DNA of 64,000 nucleotides from an uncultured Chloroflexota bacterium. GTDB lineage: Bacteria > Chloroflexota > Anaerolineae > Caldilineales > Caldilineaceae. Numbering within the stretch: position 1 is the first letter of the stretch; each line of letters begins with the position of its first letter. Shown here one piece after another: positions 28,033 to 41,495 of this stretch. The stretch is from the NCBI GenBank assembly GCA_903879975.1, contig CAIRNL010000705.1, positions 19,513-83,512 on the forward strand, read 5' to 3'. The translations under genes and the position numbers were made by a program. The notes under the pieces are model-generated. The model was not told the DNA's origin. It searched no databases and saw only the letters and a list, made by a program, of their open reading frames with translations.

Positions 28033-29036
28033 ATGGCACATACTGTAGAGTCACGTATTACCACACCGGCCAGTGAGTTACGCGAACGGCTCGACAAGGC
28101 AGAGCGCCAGGTGCCGTCGCTCGACTCGGCGACCATCGCCGGATTCCTGGTCAATTTGGATTTCATCGACGCGCTGTTCGACCAGCTGGCGAGCGAGAAC
28201 GTCGACGTCCGTTCCGAAAGGGGGCGGTGGGGCGACCTCCAGCGCCAGATGGAGCGCCGTGCTGGACAGATCGTAAAGCTGGCGAACAAGGCGGGTGGGT
28301 ATGCCACCCTGCGTGCGCAGAATGCGCCGGCCGGTGCACTCTGGTGGCAGCTGGATACCCTGTTGGCGCAACGGCGCCGCCGGCAGACGCGCTCACTGCT
28401 CGTCACACTGGCGGTCGTAGCCTTCCTCTTGCTGGGCGCGGCGTGGGCCTACCAGACATGGTTGGCGCCGGACGAGGTTACCATCCTGCTCGTCGACTCA
28501 CTGGGTGATGCCGAGCAACGCGCTGCCGAGCAGGACTGGATTGCCGGGCTTGCCATCGTCGAGAACGCCCTGCAGACACTGCCCGACAATGTGGAACTGC
28601 TGATCTGGGCGATGGTCTTTGCCGAACGCCTGGGGAATGATGCGCTCGCCCAGACATATGCGGAACGGGCGCAGGCACAGCTTGCAGGCAATGAGGCCGC
28701 CTTCCAGATCCAGGTGGGGTCTACGCGTTTTCAGACCGGCGATGTCGAAGGGGCTGCATCTGTGGCAGAGGCCGCCCTGCGCCTGGCGCCGACAGAGCCA
28801 CAGGTTTACTTTCTGCTCGGCAATGTGGCCGAAGCGCGTGGCGACATCCGTGGCGCGATCGAAGCCTTCGCCAGGGCAGGCGAGCTGGCCGACCCTGATA
28901 ATCTGCAGCTGGCGGTTGTCAGCAAGATGCGCTACGGGATGTTGCTGCAGCAGCTGCAGGTTATGCCCGATCCAGCACTGCCGACCTTGCCGGAAGACGG
29001 CAGCGCCGAACTGCCGGCGGACGCCACACCCACACC

Positions 29037-29040
<4 letters not shown>
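28033..29040 (+). CDS. Membrane-anchored TPR protein
   Basis: Helical N-domain, TM LLVTLAVVAFLLLGAAWAY, TPR-like repeats (ALRLAP..PQVYFLLG....RGD...A...F..A). Confidence 0.75.
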
Positions 29041-31820
<2,780 letters not shown>

Positions 31821-31857
31821 GTAATCGCAGTTCCTCACAGAATGGGTAAGGACAGAG

Positions 31858-32874
31858 ATGCAAGAGCAGAGGGTGACACGAGTTGCACTGATCGGATTTG
31901 GCTATTGGGGACCGAACCTGGCGCGCAATTTTCATCAACTATTGGGTGCACAACTCGAATACGTCGTCGACCGTGATCCTGCGGCTCGACAGCGTGCCGA
32001 GCGTCTCTACGGCTGTAAAACGGCTGACTCACTCGACGACGTGCTGGCCGAAGACCGTGTCGACGCCGTCGTCATCGCAACGCCTGCGCGCACGCATTAC
32101 GCGCTGACGAAGCGCGCACTCGAAGCCGGCAAGCACGTATTGGTGGAAAAACCGCTCACAATGGATGTGGCTGAGGCGGAGGAAGTGGTCGCCCTGGCCG
32201 ATCGCTGCCGACGAACGCTGATGGTCGGCCACGTCTTTGAATACAATCCCGCCGTCGCGTACATCAAGGCAGCGATCGCGCGCGGCGATCTCGGCGATCT
32301 CTATTACCTCTACAGCAAGCGTGTCAACCTTGGGCGCGTGCAGAGCGATGTCAATGTCCTGTGGAGCATCGCTCCCCACGATATCTCCATCACGCTCTTC
32401 CTGCTTGGGCAGATGCCGGAATCGGTGCGCTGTCAAGGGACGAGTTGCCTGAATGACTCCGTCGAGGACGTCATCTTTCTCACCATGTACTTTCCCCATA
32501 ATGTCTTGTGCCATGTGCATGCCAGTTGGCTCGATCCGAGTAAGACGCGCGAAATGACGGTAGTCGGCAGCAAGAAGATGATTGTCTATGACGATGTCAG
32601 CACAGAAGGCAAGGTGCGCGTCTATGATAAAGGGGCATTTCGCAAGGGGGATGTCACGTATGGTGATTTCCAGTACAAACTTCACAGCGGAGACATTCTC
32701 ATTCCCCGCCTCGACATGCGCGAGCCGCTACAACTGGAATGCGCGCATTTCATCGAGTGCATTCAATCCGGAACCCGCCCTCTGACTGACGGTGAAAACG
32801 GCCTGCGAGTGCTTCGGGTCCTTGCTGCCGGAGAAAAAAGCTTGCAGCGCAGCGGCGAACAGATTTTTCTCTAA
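31858..32874 (+). CDS. Gfo/Idh/MocA oxidoreductase (WlbA-like nucleotide-sugar dehydrogenase)
   Basis: IGFGYWGPN.ARN, IATP..TH, GKHVLVEKP and APHDIS. Confidence 0.9.
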   Translation: MQEQRVTRVALIGFGYWGPNLARNFHQLLGAQLEYVVDRDPAARQRAERLYGCKTADSLDDVLAEDRVDAVVIATPARTHYALTKRALEAGKHVLVEKPLTMDVAEAEEVVALADRCRRTLMVGHVFEYNPAVAYIKAAIARGDLGDLYYLYSKRVNLGRVQSDVNVLWSIAPHDISITLFLLGQMPESVRCQGTSCLNDSVEDVIFLTMYFPHNVLCHVHASWLDPSKTREMTVVGSKKMIVYDDVSTEGKVRVYDKGAFRKGDVTYGDFQYKLHSGDILIPRLDMREPLQLECAHFIECIQSGTRPLTDGENGLRVLRVLAAGEKSLQRSGEQIFL

Positions 32875-32875
32875 A

Positions 32876-32932
32876 CAAGTTCGCCCGCTCGGCAGCGGTG
32901 ATACCCGAAAATCCTGCTTTCTCAATCCCATC
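32876..32932 (+). repeat. Dispersed repeat, copy 2 (5'-truncated)
   Basis: CAAGTTCGCCCGCTCGGCAGCGGTGATACCCGAAAATCCTGCTTTCTCAATCCCATC matches the 3' half of copies 1 and 3. Confidence 0.8.
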
Positions 32933-32992
32933 CCGTGAGTACCGCAAATCCATCGCGAACCTGCCTGGCAAGCTCCGGTCAGGTTCGTGACG

Positions 32993-33295
32993 TTATCGGG
33001 TGCGGCGGTAGACGGGCACCAGCAACGATTGGCCGGCGTACACCGAGTAGGATCCCAGCCCATTGCAGATCGCAATTCGATAGGCGGTCGTGCCGTACGT
33101 CGCAGCGATCGAATAGATCGTCTGCCCTCGTCCAACAACGTGGTACACACCGTAGCAGGAAATCCGTTCAACAGGCACTTCAAAGGCCGAGCGACTGCTG
33201 CCTGCCTGCGCGCGGTAGGAATCAGAAGGCAACACAATCGTTGCTAGTACGACGACGAGCAACAGCACATGGATAGAGCGGCGAATCAAACGCAT
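32993..33295 (-). CDS. Small secreted single-LysM protein
   Basis: Signal peptide [18 protein letters not shown]...AQA; LysM YHVV.RGQT.YSIA..YGTT...I...NGL....YAGQ.L.VP. Confidence 0.85.
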   Translation of the reverse strand: MRLIRRSIHVLLLVVVLATIVLPSDSYRAQAGSSRSAFEVPVERISCYGVYHVVGRGQTIYSIAATYGTTAYRIAICNGLGSYSVYAGQSLLVPVYRRTR

Positions 33296-33650
33296 CCAGC
33301 AGGGCAGGGGCAACGTAGTAGAGGTAGAACCACCTATGATTTTCACAGCAATGCTCCTGAGGTCGCTTCCTCACAAAGGGTTCGATGTCGGCACGAAGTA
33401 GTAAGGTCGATTCAGGATGACGGTGCACGTCTACTGAATAGGCTATCTAGAGATGATTATATCATCCTCAAGATAAATTGATATACTAATAATGTGGGTC
33501 ACCTGCACGACAAATGACTTAATTTCACCCAGCGCAAGATGAGCACCCTACCCTGCGCTTTCTGCCTGCCGCATAGACCTGTCCAGCCCTATCCTCCGCT
33601 GGGACTCACGCTGTCTTTCGTGTGTTCTGACGAAACCGAAAATTCACCTA

Positions 33651-33679
33651 TTGACAATAACGGGAAACGGCGTTATACT
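33651..33679 (+). promoter_or_regulatory. Strong sigma70-type promoter of the propeller-ATPase module
   Basis: TTGACA-17 nt-TATACT in an AT-rich divergent intergenic region. Confidence 0.75.
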
Positions 33680-33882
33680 ATGTTAATGTAAGCAATATAT
33701 CGTGATGTTTTTGCTGTCTGTAGTAGATAGGAGTTGTTGAAGCTAGCTGCAATCCAGACTCAGAGTTACGCTCTGAGAAGCAGCGCCATCAAAGTACGGC
33801 CCAAAACTTATTGGTTCGTCCTCAACCCATTCTCTGTGCGGAGGGTTTGGCGTTGGTACCTGGATGGGTCAGCAGCCAAGTT

Positions 33883-36800
33883 ATGCAACGTTCATTGCTG
33901 CATCATTGCTGCCCACCGTTGGCATCGTTATATTCCTGGGTTCGCCGGGGTATGCTGCTCTTTCTCCTAGTGGCTCTCCTTCTTTGCGCCCCGCCCTCAC
34001 CGGCTTTTGCCCAACTCATCTCCGATCGACACTGGGTTGTCTTCCGGCAGTCCCATGGCCTGGGTTCGGACGATGTCTCCTCCGTTCTTGTTCAAGAAAA
34101 TGCCGTATGGTTCGGGACAGCGAATGGAGTCAGTCGATATGACGGCCGCTGGCAGACGTTTGCGGTGGCAGGCCGCGCGGACGCTGACTCGCAACCCGTG
34201 AATCTTGGCCGCATTACGGCCATGCTGGCGACCAAGGACGGCAACATCGTTTGGGCAGCGGGATCAAACGGCCTGCTGTACAAATTTGAGAACGACCAGT
34301 GGACGGTCGATCGAAGCATCGGCGCAGCCATCACCGCACTCGAGGACGTCGACGGTGAACTCTGGCTGGCGACCGCACGCGGGCTGCTGGTCCGACACGA
34401 CAACGCTGTTGATGCTGTTCCCGAACTGGGAACCGAGACAGTGCACGACCTGACTGTGCAGGACGGAGTCATGTGGGCCGCCACAGACCGCGGCGTATGG
34501 CGCCTGGTGCCCGCAACGGACTCCGTGACATTGCTGGAGATCCGTGACGACAACGGGAACGTGATGGAGGGACCCTTCCTCGAGGTCGAGGTAGAGTCGC
34601 CACATCGCTTGTGGATCGGTACCCCCGACAAAGTGATTGAGTTTTCGCTCGAGTCCGAGCGGGCACAGAGCTACCAGCCCTTCTCACTTGCCTCAGGCCT
34701 GCCACAGGTCACTTCAATTGTCGCCAGTCCAGGGCAGTCCGTCTGGGCAGCCTCTGAGTCCGGCGGCGCAGTGGAGTTCGGCCTCTCTGGCAACGAGATC
34801 ACGGACGCACGCAATTGGGGCAGTTCAGCCGGCGGAGGGCTGAGCACGAACAGTATTCGCGATGTGGCCGTCGACACCAATGGTTCAGTCTGGTTCGCCA
34901 CGGCAGTGGGCGTATTTCGCTACCAGCCGTGGGCATGGAAAGTGATCGACGAACGGTACGACTTTTTGCCTGTTTATGACCTGCTCGTCGATACGAGCGG
35001 TGATCTGTGGATTGCGACGGGCGGGGAAGGAGTACAGCACCGCGCACGCAATGGGGACCAGGCCCTTGGCTACCTTCCAGATGAGTCTGGTTTGTCAGGC
35101 GAAACGGTCTTTGATCTGGCCCAGGCACCATCCGGTCAACTCTGGGCAGCCACCAGCGCAGGGGCTGCATACTTTGACCGTGACCGCTGGCGGCGCGACG
35201 CGGCTTTGCTTTCGCTGTATGGCACTTCCGTCCGTTCTGTTGCGGCAGACGATCTGGGTGCCTGGCTGGGGACGTCAACCGGCCTGGCTCGCTATACCTA
35301 CGGGGAAGACATTCTGCAGTGGGACGCGCTCACCAGGGGCAGTGCCATCAGTGTCGTCGAGTATGACTCGATTGGGCGTCTATGGGTGGCGGGCAGCGAT
35401 GCCAGCCTATGGCTGCGTACTGCCGATGGCCAGTGGCGTGACATGGCAGCTGTCCAGCGTGACATCCTCCCCTTTAGCGCGCCGGTGACCGCATTGGCGC
35501 GCTTGTCTGACCCGCCAGGTGCTATGCTCGCTGCCTTCCGTGGCTACGGTGTTTTTCGGTCAGATGGAACGATTTGGGAAGGCCTGAACAATGGACGCCG
35601 CAATACCGGTGAACGAGTGTTCAGCCTGATGACAGACCCGGACGACGGGTCGATCTGGATCGGCGGCGAAACCGGGCTTTCACGGATCGACGGTGTAGGC
35701 CGAACAACCTATGATCCAGTCGATGGGATTCAGGCCGGTTCAGTGCGTGCAATCGTGATGGATCGCGATGGCAGTTACTGGTTCGGCGGAGAACGCGGCC
35801 TCACTCACTATCAGCGGGAGACCAGTATACCATGGATTCGCATCGACCAGGTGTTTGGTGCAGAACCGGATCGAGACGGCGCTCTGTGGCAGGCATATGC
35901 TGAGCAGTCGATTGCTCTGCAATTTGCCTTCGGCGATCTGCAGAATGGCCAGGATAAGATTGCAGTCTTTGTCCGCTCCATCGAGGGCGGCGAACCAGGA
36001 GCCTGGGAGCAGGCGACGGGCGGAGAGTATCCGGTCACCCTGGCACAACCCGGCAGGCAAACGTTTGAGTTCATCGCACGCGATCAGGCCTTCAATTATT
36101 CGCCGACCGGACTCGTAGAGATGTCTGTCGTTCCCGTCCCAACATTCGTTGCGGTCCCCTTCCTGGGCCAGGTCGAAGTCAGGGTTTTCCAACTACTGGT
36201 CCTATTTGGTTCGCTGACGGTATTGGGGTTTGGCTACGTCAGCTTCGAGATCATCCAGCATCGACGCCGAATCGTCAGCGCTGTAGAGCGCGGCTACAAC
36301 CCATACATCAGTGGCGAGCCGGTACGTCGCGGCGACATGTTCTTTGGCCGCCACGACCTCCTGCGCAGGATTGTCTCGACTTTGCATAATAATAGTATCA
36401 TGATTCATGGGGAGCGGCGCATCGGGAAAACAACGCTGCTCTACCAGCTCGCCAGTGCACTGCAAAAAGTCGAGGATAAGGAATTTTGGTTCGTATCGGT
36501 CTATATCGATCTCGAAGGGACTGGCGAAGCCGAGTTCTTCCACCTGCTCATGGACGAAATCGCCCATGTAGTGGGTGAATTGCCAGGGTTGCTACCTGAA
36601 CAGATGGCGGTTTTGAACAGACTCTTACATCTGCACGTGGCCGAAAATCAGTACACGGACCGCGAATTCAATCGCGACCTGCGGCAGATTATTCATATCT
36701 TGGAAGCATATGGCACGGTGCATCGCCCAGGTTGCCAGGTGCGGCTCATTCTGTTGCTCGATGAGATGGACACTCTGAGCCGCTTCAACCACCTGATTCA

Positions 36801-37242
36801 GCAACAGTTGCGCCGGATTTTTATGCGTGACTTTGCTGCTACCCTTGGCGCAGTGGTCGCTGGAATCGAAATCAACAAGGAATGGGAGCGGATCGAGAGC
36901 CCTTGGTTCAACCTCTTCAACGAGATTGCCATGGCGCCGTTCTCCAGAGACGAAGCGATCCAACTGCTGACCGAACCCGTGCGCGGATATTACATGTTTG
37001 ACCCGGATGCACTGGAATTTATCGTTGAGCGCAGCGAGGGCCGCCCGTATCGCCTGCAGCAATACGCGCTCGAGGCGGTCAATCAGATGCTCCACCAGAA
37101 ACGTCGCGTGATTACGCTGGCCGATGCATGGGTGGCACATGAGCTGATCCAAGTAGCCAGTCAACAGCCAAAAGGTTCGTGGGACAAGGATACGCTGCTC
37201 GACGGTCGAGCCGTATCTCAAACCCCAGCCCCTGCGATGTAG
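33883..37242 (+). CDS. Signal peptide + two-component-type beta-propellers + Ig (Y_Y_Y-like) + TM + cytoplasmic STAND-like P-loop ATPase
   Basis: Many D..G.(L/V)W.(G/A)T..G repeats; PG..TFEF.ARD...N.S; TM FQLLVLFGSLTVLGFGYV; NPYISG.PV..FFGR, Walker A GERRIGKT, Walker B LILLLDEMD, G.PY.LQ. Confidence 0.85.
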   Translation: MQRSLLHHCCPPLASLYSWVRRGMLLFLLVALLLCAPPSPAFAQLISDRHWVVFRQSHGLGSDDVSSVLVQENAVWFGTANGVSRYDGRWQTFAVAGRADADSQPVNLGRITAMLATKDGNIVWAAGSNGLLYKFENDQWTVDRSIGAAITALEDVDGELWLATARGLLVRHDNAVDAVPELGTETVHDLTVQDGVMWAATDRGVWRLVPATDSVTLLEIRDDNGNVMEGPFLEVEVESPHRLWIGTPDKVIEFSLESERAQSYQPFSLASGLPQVTSIVASPGQSVWAASESGGAVEFGLSGNEITDARNWGSSAGGGLSTNSIRDVAVDTNGSVWFATAVGVFRYQPWAWKVIDERYDFLPVYDLLVDTSGDLWIATGGEGVQHRARNGDQALGYLPDESGLSGETVFDLAQAPSGQLWAATSAGAAYFDRDRWRRDAALLSLYGTSVRSVAADDLGAWLGTSTGLARYTYGEDILQWDALTRGSAISVVEYDSIGRLWVAGSDASLWLRTADGQWRDMAAVQRDILPFSAPVTALARLSDPPGAMLAAFRGYGVFRSDGTIWEGLNNGRRNTGERVFSLMTDPDDGSIWIGGETGLSRIDGVGRTTYDPVDGIQAGSVRAIVMDRDGSYWFGGERGLTHYQRETSIPWIRIDQVFGAEPDRDGALWQAYAEQSIALQFAFGDLQNGQDKIAVFVRSIEGGEPGAWEQATGGEYPVTLAQPGRQTFEFIARDQAFNYSPTGLVEMSVVPVPTFVAVPFLGQVEVRVFQLLVLFGSLTVLGFGYVSFEIIQHRRRIVSAVERGYNPYISGEPVRRGDMFFGRHDLLRRIVSTLHNNSIMIHGERRIGKTTLLYQLASALQKVEDKEFWFVSVYIDLEGTGEAEFFHLLMDEIAHVVGELPGLLPEQMAVLNRLLHLHVAENQYTDREFNRDLRQIIHILEAYGTVHRPGCQVRLILLLDEMDTLSRFNHLIQQQLRRIFMRDFAATLGAVVAGIEINKEWERIESPWFNLFNEIAMAPFSRDEAIQLLTEPVRGYYMFDPDALEFIVERSEGRPYRLQQYALEAVNQMLHQKRRVITLADAWVAHELIQVASQQPKGSWDKDTLLDGRAVSQTPAPAM

Positions 37243-37287
37243 CGGGCGCATCAACGCAGTAGAAAGTCGAAACGAGTCGAGGGCCGA

Positions 37288-38616
37288 ATGCGCATCCCCT
37301 ATATTGTTGGACGATGGGTCAATGACCGCCACCACTATGGCCGTCACCGCCTGTTTGCCTACCTGCTCGATACACCCAGTGCCGCTCTCTGGCTCGTCGG
37401 CGCGCGTCGCATTGGCAAAACATCTCTCTTGCGTCAACTGGAATTTCTTGCACATACAACTGCGTCTGGCTACGTGCCGCTCTTCTGGGATATGCAGGGG
37501 TGCGAAAACAGCGGCGATCTCTCTGTGGAACTGTACATGGCGCTGGAGGATACAGAACATTATTTCGGGCAATATGGCATCGACGTCAGTGCCCTGCAAG
37601 GACAGGACGCCCTTGTGATCCTGCGCCGCCTCACGCGCGCGCTGAATGCTGCGGGGAAACGCCTGCTTTTGCTGATCGACGAAGCCGAAGCCTTGCTGGC
37701 TATCGCCCGTACCGAGCCTGCCTGGCTGGCCCGCCTGCGCCGGGCGCTACAAGATCCAAACCAGAAGTGCGTTTTGGCCTCCACAAAGCTGCTGGCACAA
37801 CTCAACGACCTGACGGCAGATTGGCCTACCAGTCCCTTCTTGTTCGGGTTCAATCTGATCAATCTCTGGAGTTTAGATCCTGACTCGGCGGTCGCACTGA
37901 TCGAGCAGCGGCAGGCCGCCGTTCAAGTGACGGTATCTCCTGAGATCCTCGAAGATATTATCATTCATACCAATCGCCATCCCTACCTACTCCAGTTTCT
38001 CTGTCACCGTCTCTATGGCGAATTGGAGGACGGCACCGGCTATCTGCGCGCGCCGACCAACGATGACCTGGATTTCGATAATCTGCTGGCCGGCCTTTTT
38101 CTGGTGGACTTCCAACACCTCACCAATCTGGAACGCCGCCTGTTGCTCACGATTGGGCGCAGCAGCATCGCCACGGAAGCGGAGGTTCTGACGGCTCTGG
38201 CTGACCAAAGCCCGGAGCGCATCCTTACCTTTCTCTGGGGACTGGAGAAGCTGGGGCACCTACGCCAGGTGTACGGTCAGTGGACAATCGGCAACGAGTA
38301 CCTCCGTAGGTGGTTGCAGCAGGAACTTGATACGCTCGAACGCATGAACGACGCCAAGCTGGCTGACGACACCTTTGAGAAACTACTCAAGGTTGGGCAT
38401 GCGCAGGAAGTGCAGGGTTTTCGCACCGAAATCAAGCGGCTGGAACTGGCGTACAGCTCGATCAAGGCAGACCTCGCCCAAAGCCAGAATGGCCAGCGTG
38501 AAGCGCTGCGCGCCGATCTCGACCATATCGAAACCCTGCTCATGTCTGCACGGCGTGATCTGAATCGCTCCTTCCTGAGTCGTCACCAGCCATCCCAGGT
38601 CTTTTCAATGACATGA
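37288..38616 (+). CDS. Soluble STAND-like P-loop ATPase with winged-helix-like region and coiled-coil tail
   Basis: PY.VG.WV...YGR, Walker A GARRIGKT, Walker [17 protein letters not shown]; heptad-rich C-terminus. Confidence 0.82.
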   Translation: MRIPYIVGRWVNDRHHYGRHRLFAYLLDTPSAALWLVGARRIGKTSLLRQLEFLAHTTASGYVPLFWDMQGCENSGDLSVELYMALEDTEHYFGQYGIDVSALQGQDALVILRRLTRALNAAGKRLLLLIDEAEALLAIARTEPAWLARLRRALQDPNQKCVLASTKLLAQLNDLTADWPTSPFLFGFNLINLWSLDPDSAVALIEQRQAAVQVTVSPEILEDIIIHTNRHPYLLQFLCHRLYGELEDGTGYLRAPTNDDLDFDNLLAGLFLVDFQHLTNLERRLLLTIGRSSIATEAEVLTALADQSPERILTFLWGLEKLGHLRQVYGQWTIGNEYLRRWLQQELDTLERMNDAKLADDTFEKLLKVGHAQEVQGFRTEIKRLELAYSSIKADLAQSQNGQREALRADLDHIETLLMSARRDLNRSFLSRHQPSQVFSMT

Positions 38617-38745
38617 CCCCCTTGTTTGGTCTTCCCGCCGGCGTGGGGTAAAATCAAAAGATGGCTTGTCAACCATCGTCTTGCAGGTAAACACTGGCTG
38701 AGCGCGTGCGCTCAGCCCTTTTGTTGAAGAGAACCGATTCAGTTC

Positions 38746-39855
38746 ATGGCACAGAAAGTACCGCTCGTCGACCTTCATGCCCAGTACCGGACGATCCAGC
38801 CCGCAATTGATGCTGCCATTCAATCCGTCATCGAGCGCACTGCGTTCATCATGGGGCCTGACGTACGCTCGTTCGAAGAGGCGTTCGCCCGTTTTTGTAC
38901 GGCAACCCATGCCGTCGGTGTTGCCAGTGGGACGGCTGCACTGGAGCTGACGCTGCGCGCTTGTGGCATCGGCCCCGGTGACGAGGTTGTGACGTCGGCG
39001 CACACCTTTATTGCAACGGCCGAGGCAATCAGTGCCGTTGGCGCCCGCCCAGTCTTTGCCGATATTGATGGCCAGACCTACAACCTCGACGCGCAGGCGG
39101 CGGAGGCCGCTCTCACCCCGGCCACACGTGCTATCTTGCCCGTTCATATCTATGGCCAGCCCGCTCACATGGATGCCCTGGCAGCACTTGCCGCACGCCA
39201 CGATCTCCTGCTGATCGAAGATGCCGCCCAGGCCCACGGCGCTACCTGGAATGGCCGGAAGGTCGGTGTACTGGGTGCCGCCGCATGCTTCAGTTTCTAC
39301 CCTGGCAAGAACCTCGGCGCCTACGGCGACGCAGGCGCAGTCACGACCAACGATGGCCGGATTGCCGAACAAATCAGCCTGCTGCGCAACCACGGCCGCC
39401 ACTCCAAATATCTGCATGACCTCAAGGGCTATGGCGAACGCATGGATACACTGCAAGCCGCCATCCTGTGTGTCAAACTCGACCATCTCGCCCAGTGGAC
39501 GGACGCGCGCCGTCGCCTGGCGGCACGCTACAGTGAATTGCTGGCTGGCTGCGAAATTGTGCTGCCCTTTGTTGACCCCGCCGCCAACCCGGCCTGGCAC
39601 CTCTACGTGATCCGCACGCCGGCGCGCGACGAATTGCTCGCCCATCTGGATGCCAACGGGATCGGCGCAGGTGTGCACTACCCTGTGCCCCTTCATCTCC
39701 AGCCTGCCTATGCTGACCTCGGCTACCGGCGCGGTGATTTGCCGGTGACGGAGACAGTGGCAGAGACGTGCCTGAGCCTGCCGCTCTACCCGGAGATGAC
39801 CGACGAGCAGCAGGAGTACGTTGTCGACACAATCAAGAAGTTCCTGGATCGATGA
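38746..39855 (+). CDS. DegT/DnrJ/EryC1/StrS PLP-dependent sugar aminotransferase
   Basis: [39 protein letters not shown] and SLPLYP. Confidence 0.95.
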   Translation: MAQKVPLVDLHAQYRTIQPAIDAAIQSVIERTAFIMGPDVRSFEEAFARFCTATHAVGVASGTAALELTLRACGIGPGDEVVTSAHTFIATAEAISAVGARPVFADIDGQTYNLDAQAAEAALTPATRAILPVHIYGQPAHMDALAALAARHDLLLIEDAAQAHGATWNGRKVGVLGAAACFSFYPGKNLGAYGDAGAVTTNDGRIAEQISLLRNHGRHSKYLHDLKGYGERMDTLQAAILCVKLDHLAQWTDARRRLAARYSELLAGCEIVLPFVDPAANPAWHLYVIRTPARDELLAHLDANGIGAGVHYPVPLHLQPAYADLGYRRGDLPVTETVAETCLSLPLYPEMTDEQQEYVVDTIKKFLDR

Positions 39856-39856
39856 A

Positions 39857-40903
39857 ATGGATGCCACGGCTCAAGTGACGGAAGCGCGCCGCACACAGGA
39901 AGTGGGCACAACGCCCGGTTCGCTGTATACGGAGCCGGCGGCACAGACCGCACCGCGTCCCGGCCCAGCATCCATTTCGGTAGTCGTGCCGGCGCGCAAC
40001 GAGGAAACCACCATTGCCCAGGTCGTCGACCGCTCCTTCCAGGCATTTGCCGCCCTAGGTTGTACCGGTGAGGTGCTGGTTGTCGACGACGGCAGCACCG
40101 ATCACACGGGCACCGTGTTGATCGAGCTGCAACGCCGCCACGATCGGCTGCGCGTCTTCACGCAGCGCCGCAGCCGCGGCATGACGGCAGCCCTGCAACA
40201 GATGTTTTCCGCCAGCCGCGGGGACATCGTGATCCTCATCCCAGCCGACATGGAATCGGATCCATTGATCGACGTGCCGACGCTGGTCAAGTTTATGGAA
40301 GCACAAGACCTGGACGTGGTGGCCGGTTGGCGCCAGGGACGGCGCGACAGCAAGGTGCCGGCCAGCCGCTTCTACAACTTCGTCATGACTCAGATCGGTG
40401 GCGTCGCTGTGCACGATGGCAACTGGATCAAAGCCATGCGCCGCGACGTCGTGGAGAGCTTCCCGCCTCTACGCAGCGATTGGCATCGCTTCTTGCTCAT
40501 GATTGCCGCACACAATGGCTTTCGCATCGGTGAAGTGCCGTCCTTCTACCAGCCGCGGCCAGCCGGTAGCAGCAAATTTGGCTGGGAACGCATTCCCAAG
40601 AGCTTTTTGGATATGCTGGTGCTCAAGTTTCTGCTGGCTTTCAGCGATGCACCGATGCGCTTCTTCGGTGGGTTGGGATTGGCGGGGCTTATCGTCAGTG
40701 GCGCCGTCCTTGCCTACCTCAGCCTGCTCTACCTTTTTGCCCAGACGCAGCAGCGCCCGGTTTTCATCGCAGCGGGGATCCTTGCCGTGATCAGCGTCCT
40801 GTTGCTCCTGGTCGGCTTTCTGGCCGAACTGATCGTGACCCAAGGACAACGGATTGTCGAGGTGGAGCGGCGCCTCGACGAACGCGATCGCACAACGCTC
40901 TAA
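39857..40903 (+). CDS. GT2 polyprenol-phosphate glycosyltransferase (ArnC/GtrB-like)
   Basis: [23 protein letters not shown] and R..G.SKF; two C-terminal TM helices. Confidence 0.88.
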   Translation: MDATAQVTEARRTQEVGTTPGSLYTEPAAQTAPRPGPASISVVVPARNEETTIAQVVDRSFQAFAALGCTGEVLVVDDGSTDHTGTVLIELQRRHDRLRVFTQRRSRGMTAALQQMFSASRGDIVILIPADMESDPLIDVPTLVKFMEAQDLDVVAGWRQGRRDSKVPASRFYNFVMTQIGGVAVHDGNWIKAMRRDVVESFPPLRSDWHRFLLMIAAHNGFRIGEVPSFYQPRPAGSSKFGWERIPKSFLDMLVLKFLLAFSDAPMRFFGGLGLAGLIVSGAVLAYLSLLYLFAQTQQRPVFIAAGILAVISVLLLLVGFLAELIVTQGQRIVEVERRLDERDRTTL

Positions 40904-40907
40904 CCGC

Positions 40908-41477
40908 TCAAGGTGCAGGGCTCTCCAGGCGCGCGGCGCCGGTGCGCCGCCACAGCCACCACAGCACTCCTGTGAGCGTGTAACCGTCCCGCACCTGCCC
41001 GCAACGCAGCATCTCCTCGATCTCTGGCTGAGAAACCCAGCGCACGGCGCGCACTTCGTTCGGGTCGAAGGCGCCCGGCGTACCCACTGCCCGGCAACAG
41101 ACCAGATGATGTACCTTGTCACCAATGCCGTTGATAGGCTCGAAAGCCGCCGCAAGTTCGTGGCCGGTCGTAGCGTACCCGCTCTCCTCGCGCACCTCCC
41201 TGGCCGCCGCTTCGATGGCCGTCTCACCCGGGTCGATACCGCCGGCAGGCAGTTCCCACTGCACGCTGTCGACTACGTAGCGATATGCCTCCACCAGTAA
41301 GATGCGTCCCTCTGTGTCCTCTACGAGGGCTGCGACTGCCTCCTTGGCAAAATGCAGCACGTGATGGGCTTCGACGATGCGCCCGCCTGGCAGGCGCACA
41401 CGATCCACATACAGCGTCACCCACGGATTCTCGTAGATAGTGGTGCGCGCCAATCGCTGCGGTTTCTGTTCGTCCAT
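40908..41477 (-). CDS. NUDIX hydrolase (ADP-ribose pyrophosphatase-like)
   Basis: Nudix box ELPAGGIDPGETAIEAAAREVREESG. Confidence 0.92.
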   Translation of the reverse strand: MDEQKPQRLARTTIYENPWVTLYVDRVRLPGGRIVEAHHVLHFAKEAVAALVEDTEGRILLVEAYRYVVDSVQWELPAGGIDPGETAIEAAAREVREESGYATTGHELAAAFEPINGIGDKVHHLVCCRAVGTPGAFDPNEVRAVRWVSQPEIEEMLRCGQVRDGYTLTGVLWWLWRRTGAARLESPAP

Positions 41478-41495
41478 ATGTCCCTTCTCTGCCCC

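Noticed and set aside
33296-33480. Possible c-di-AMP (ydaO) riboswitch upstream of the LysM gene
   Set aside because: Only a CTGAATC fragment matches; the other conserved elements are not visible
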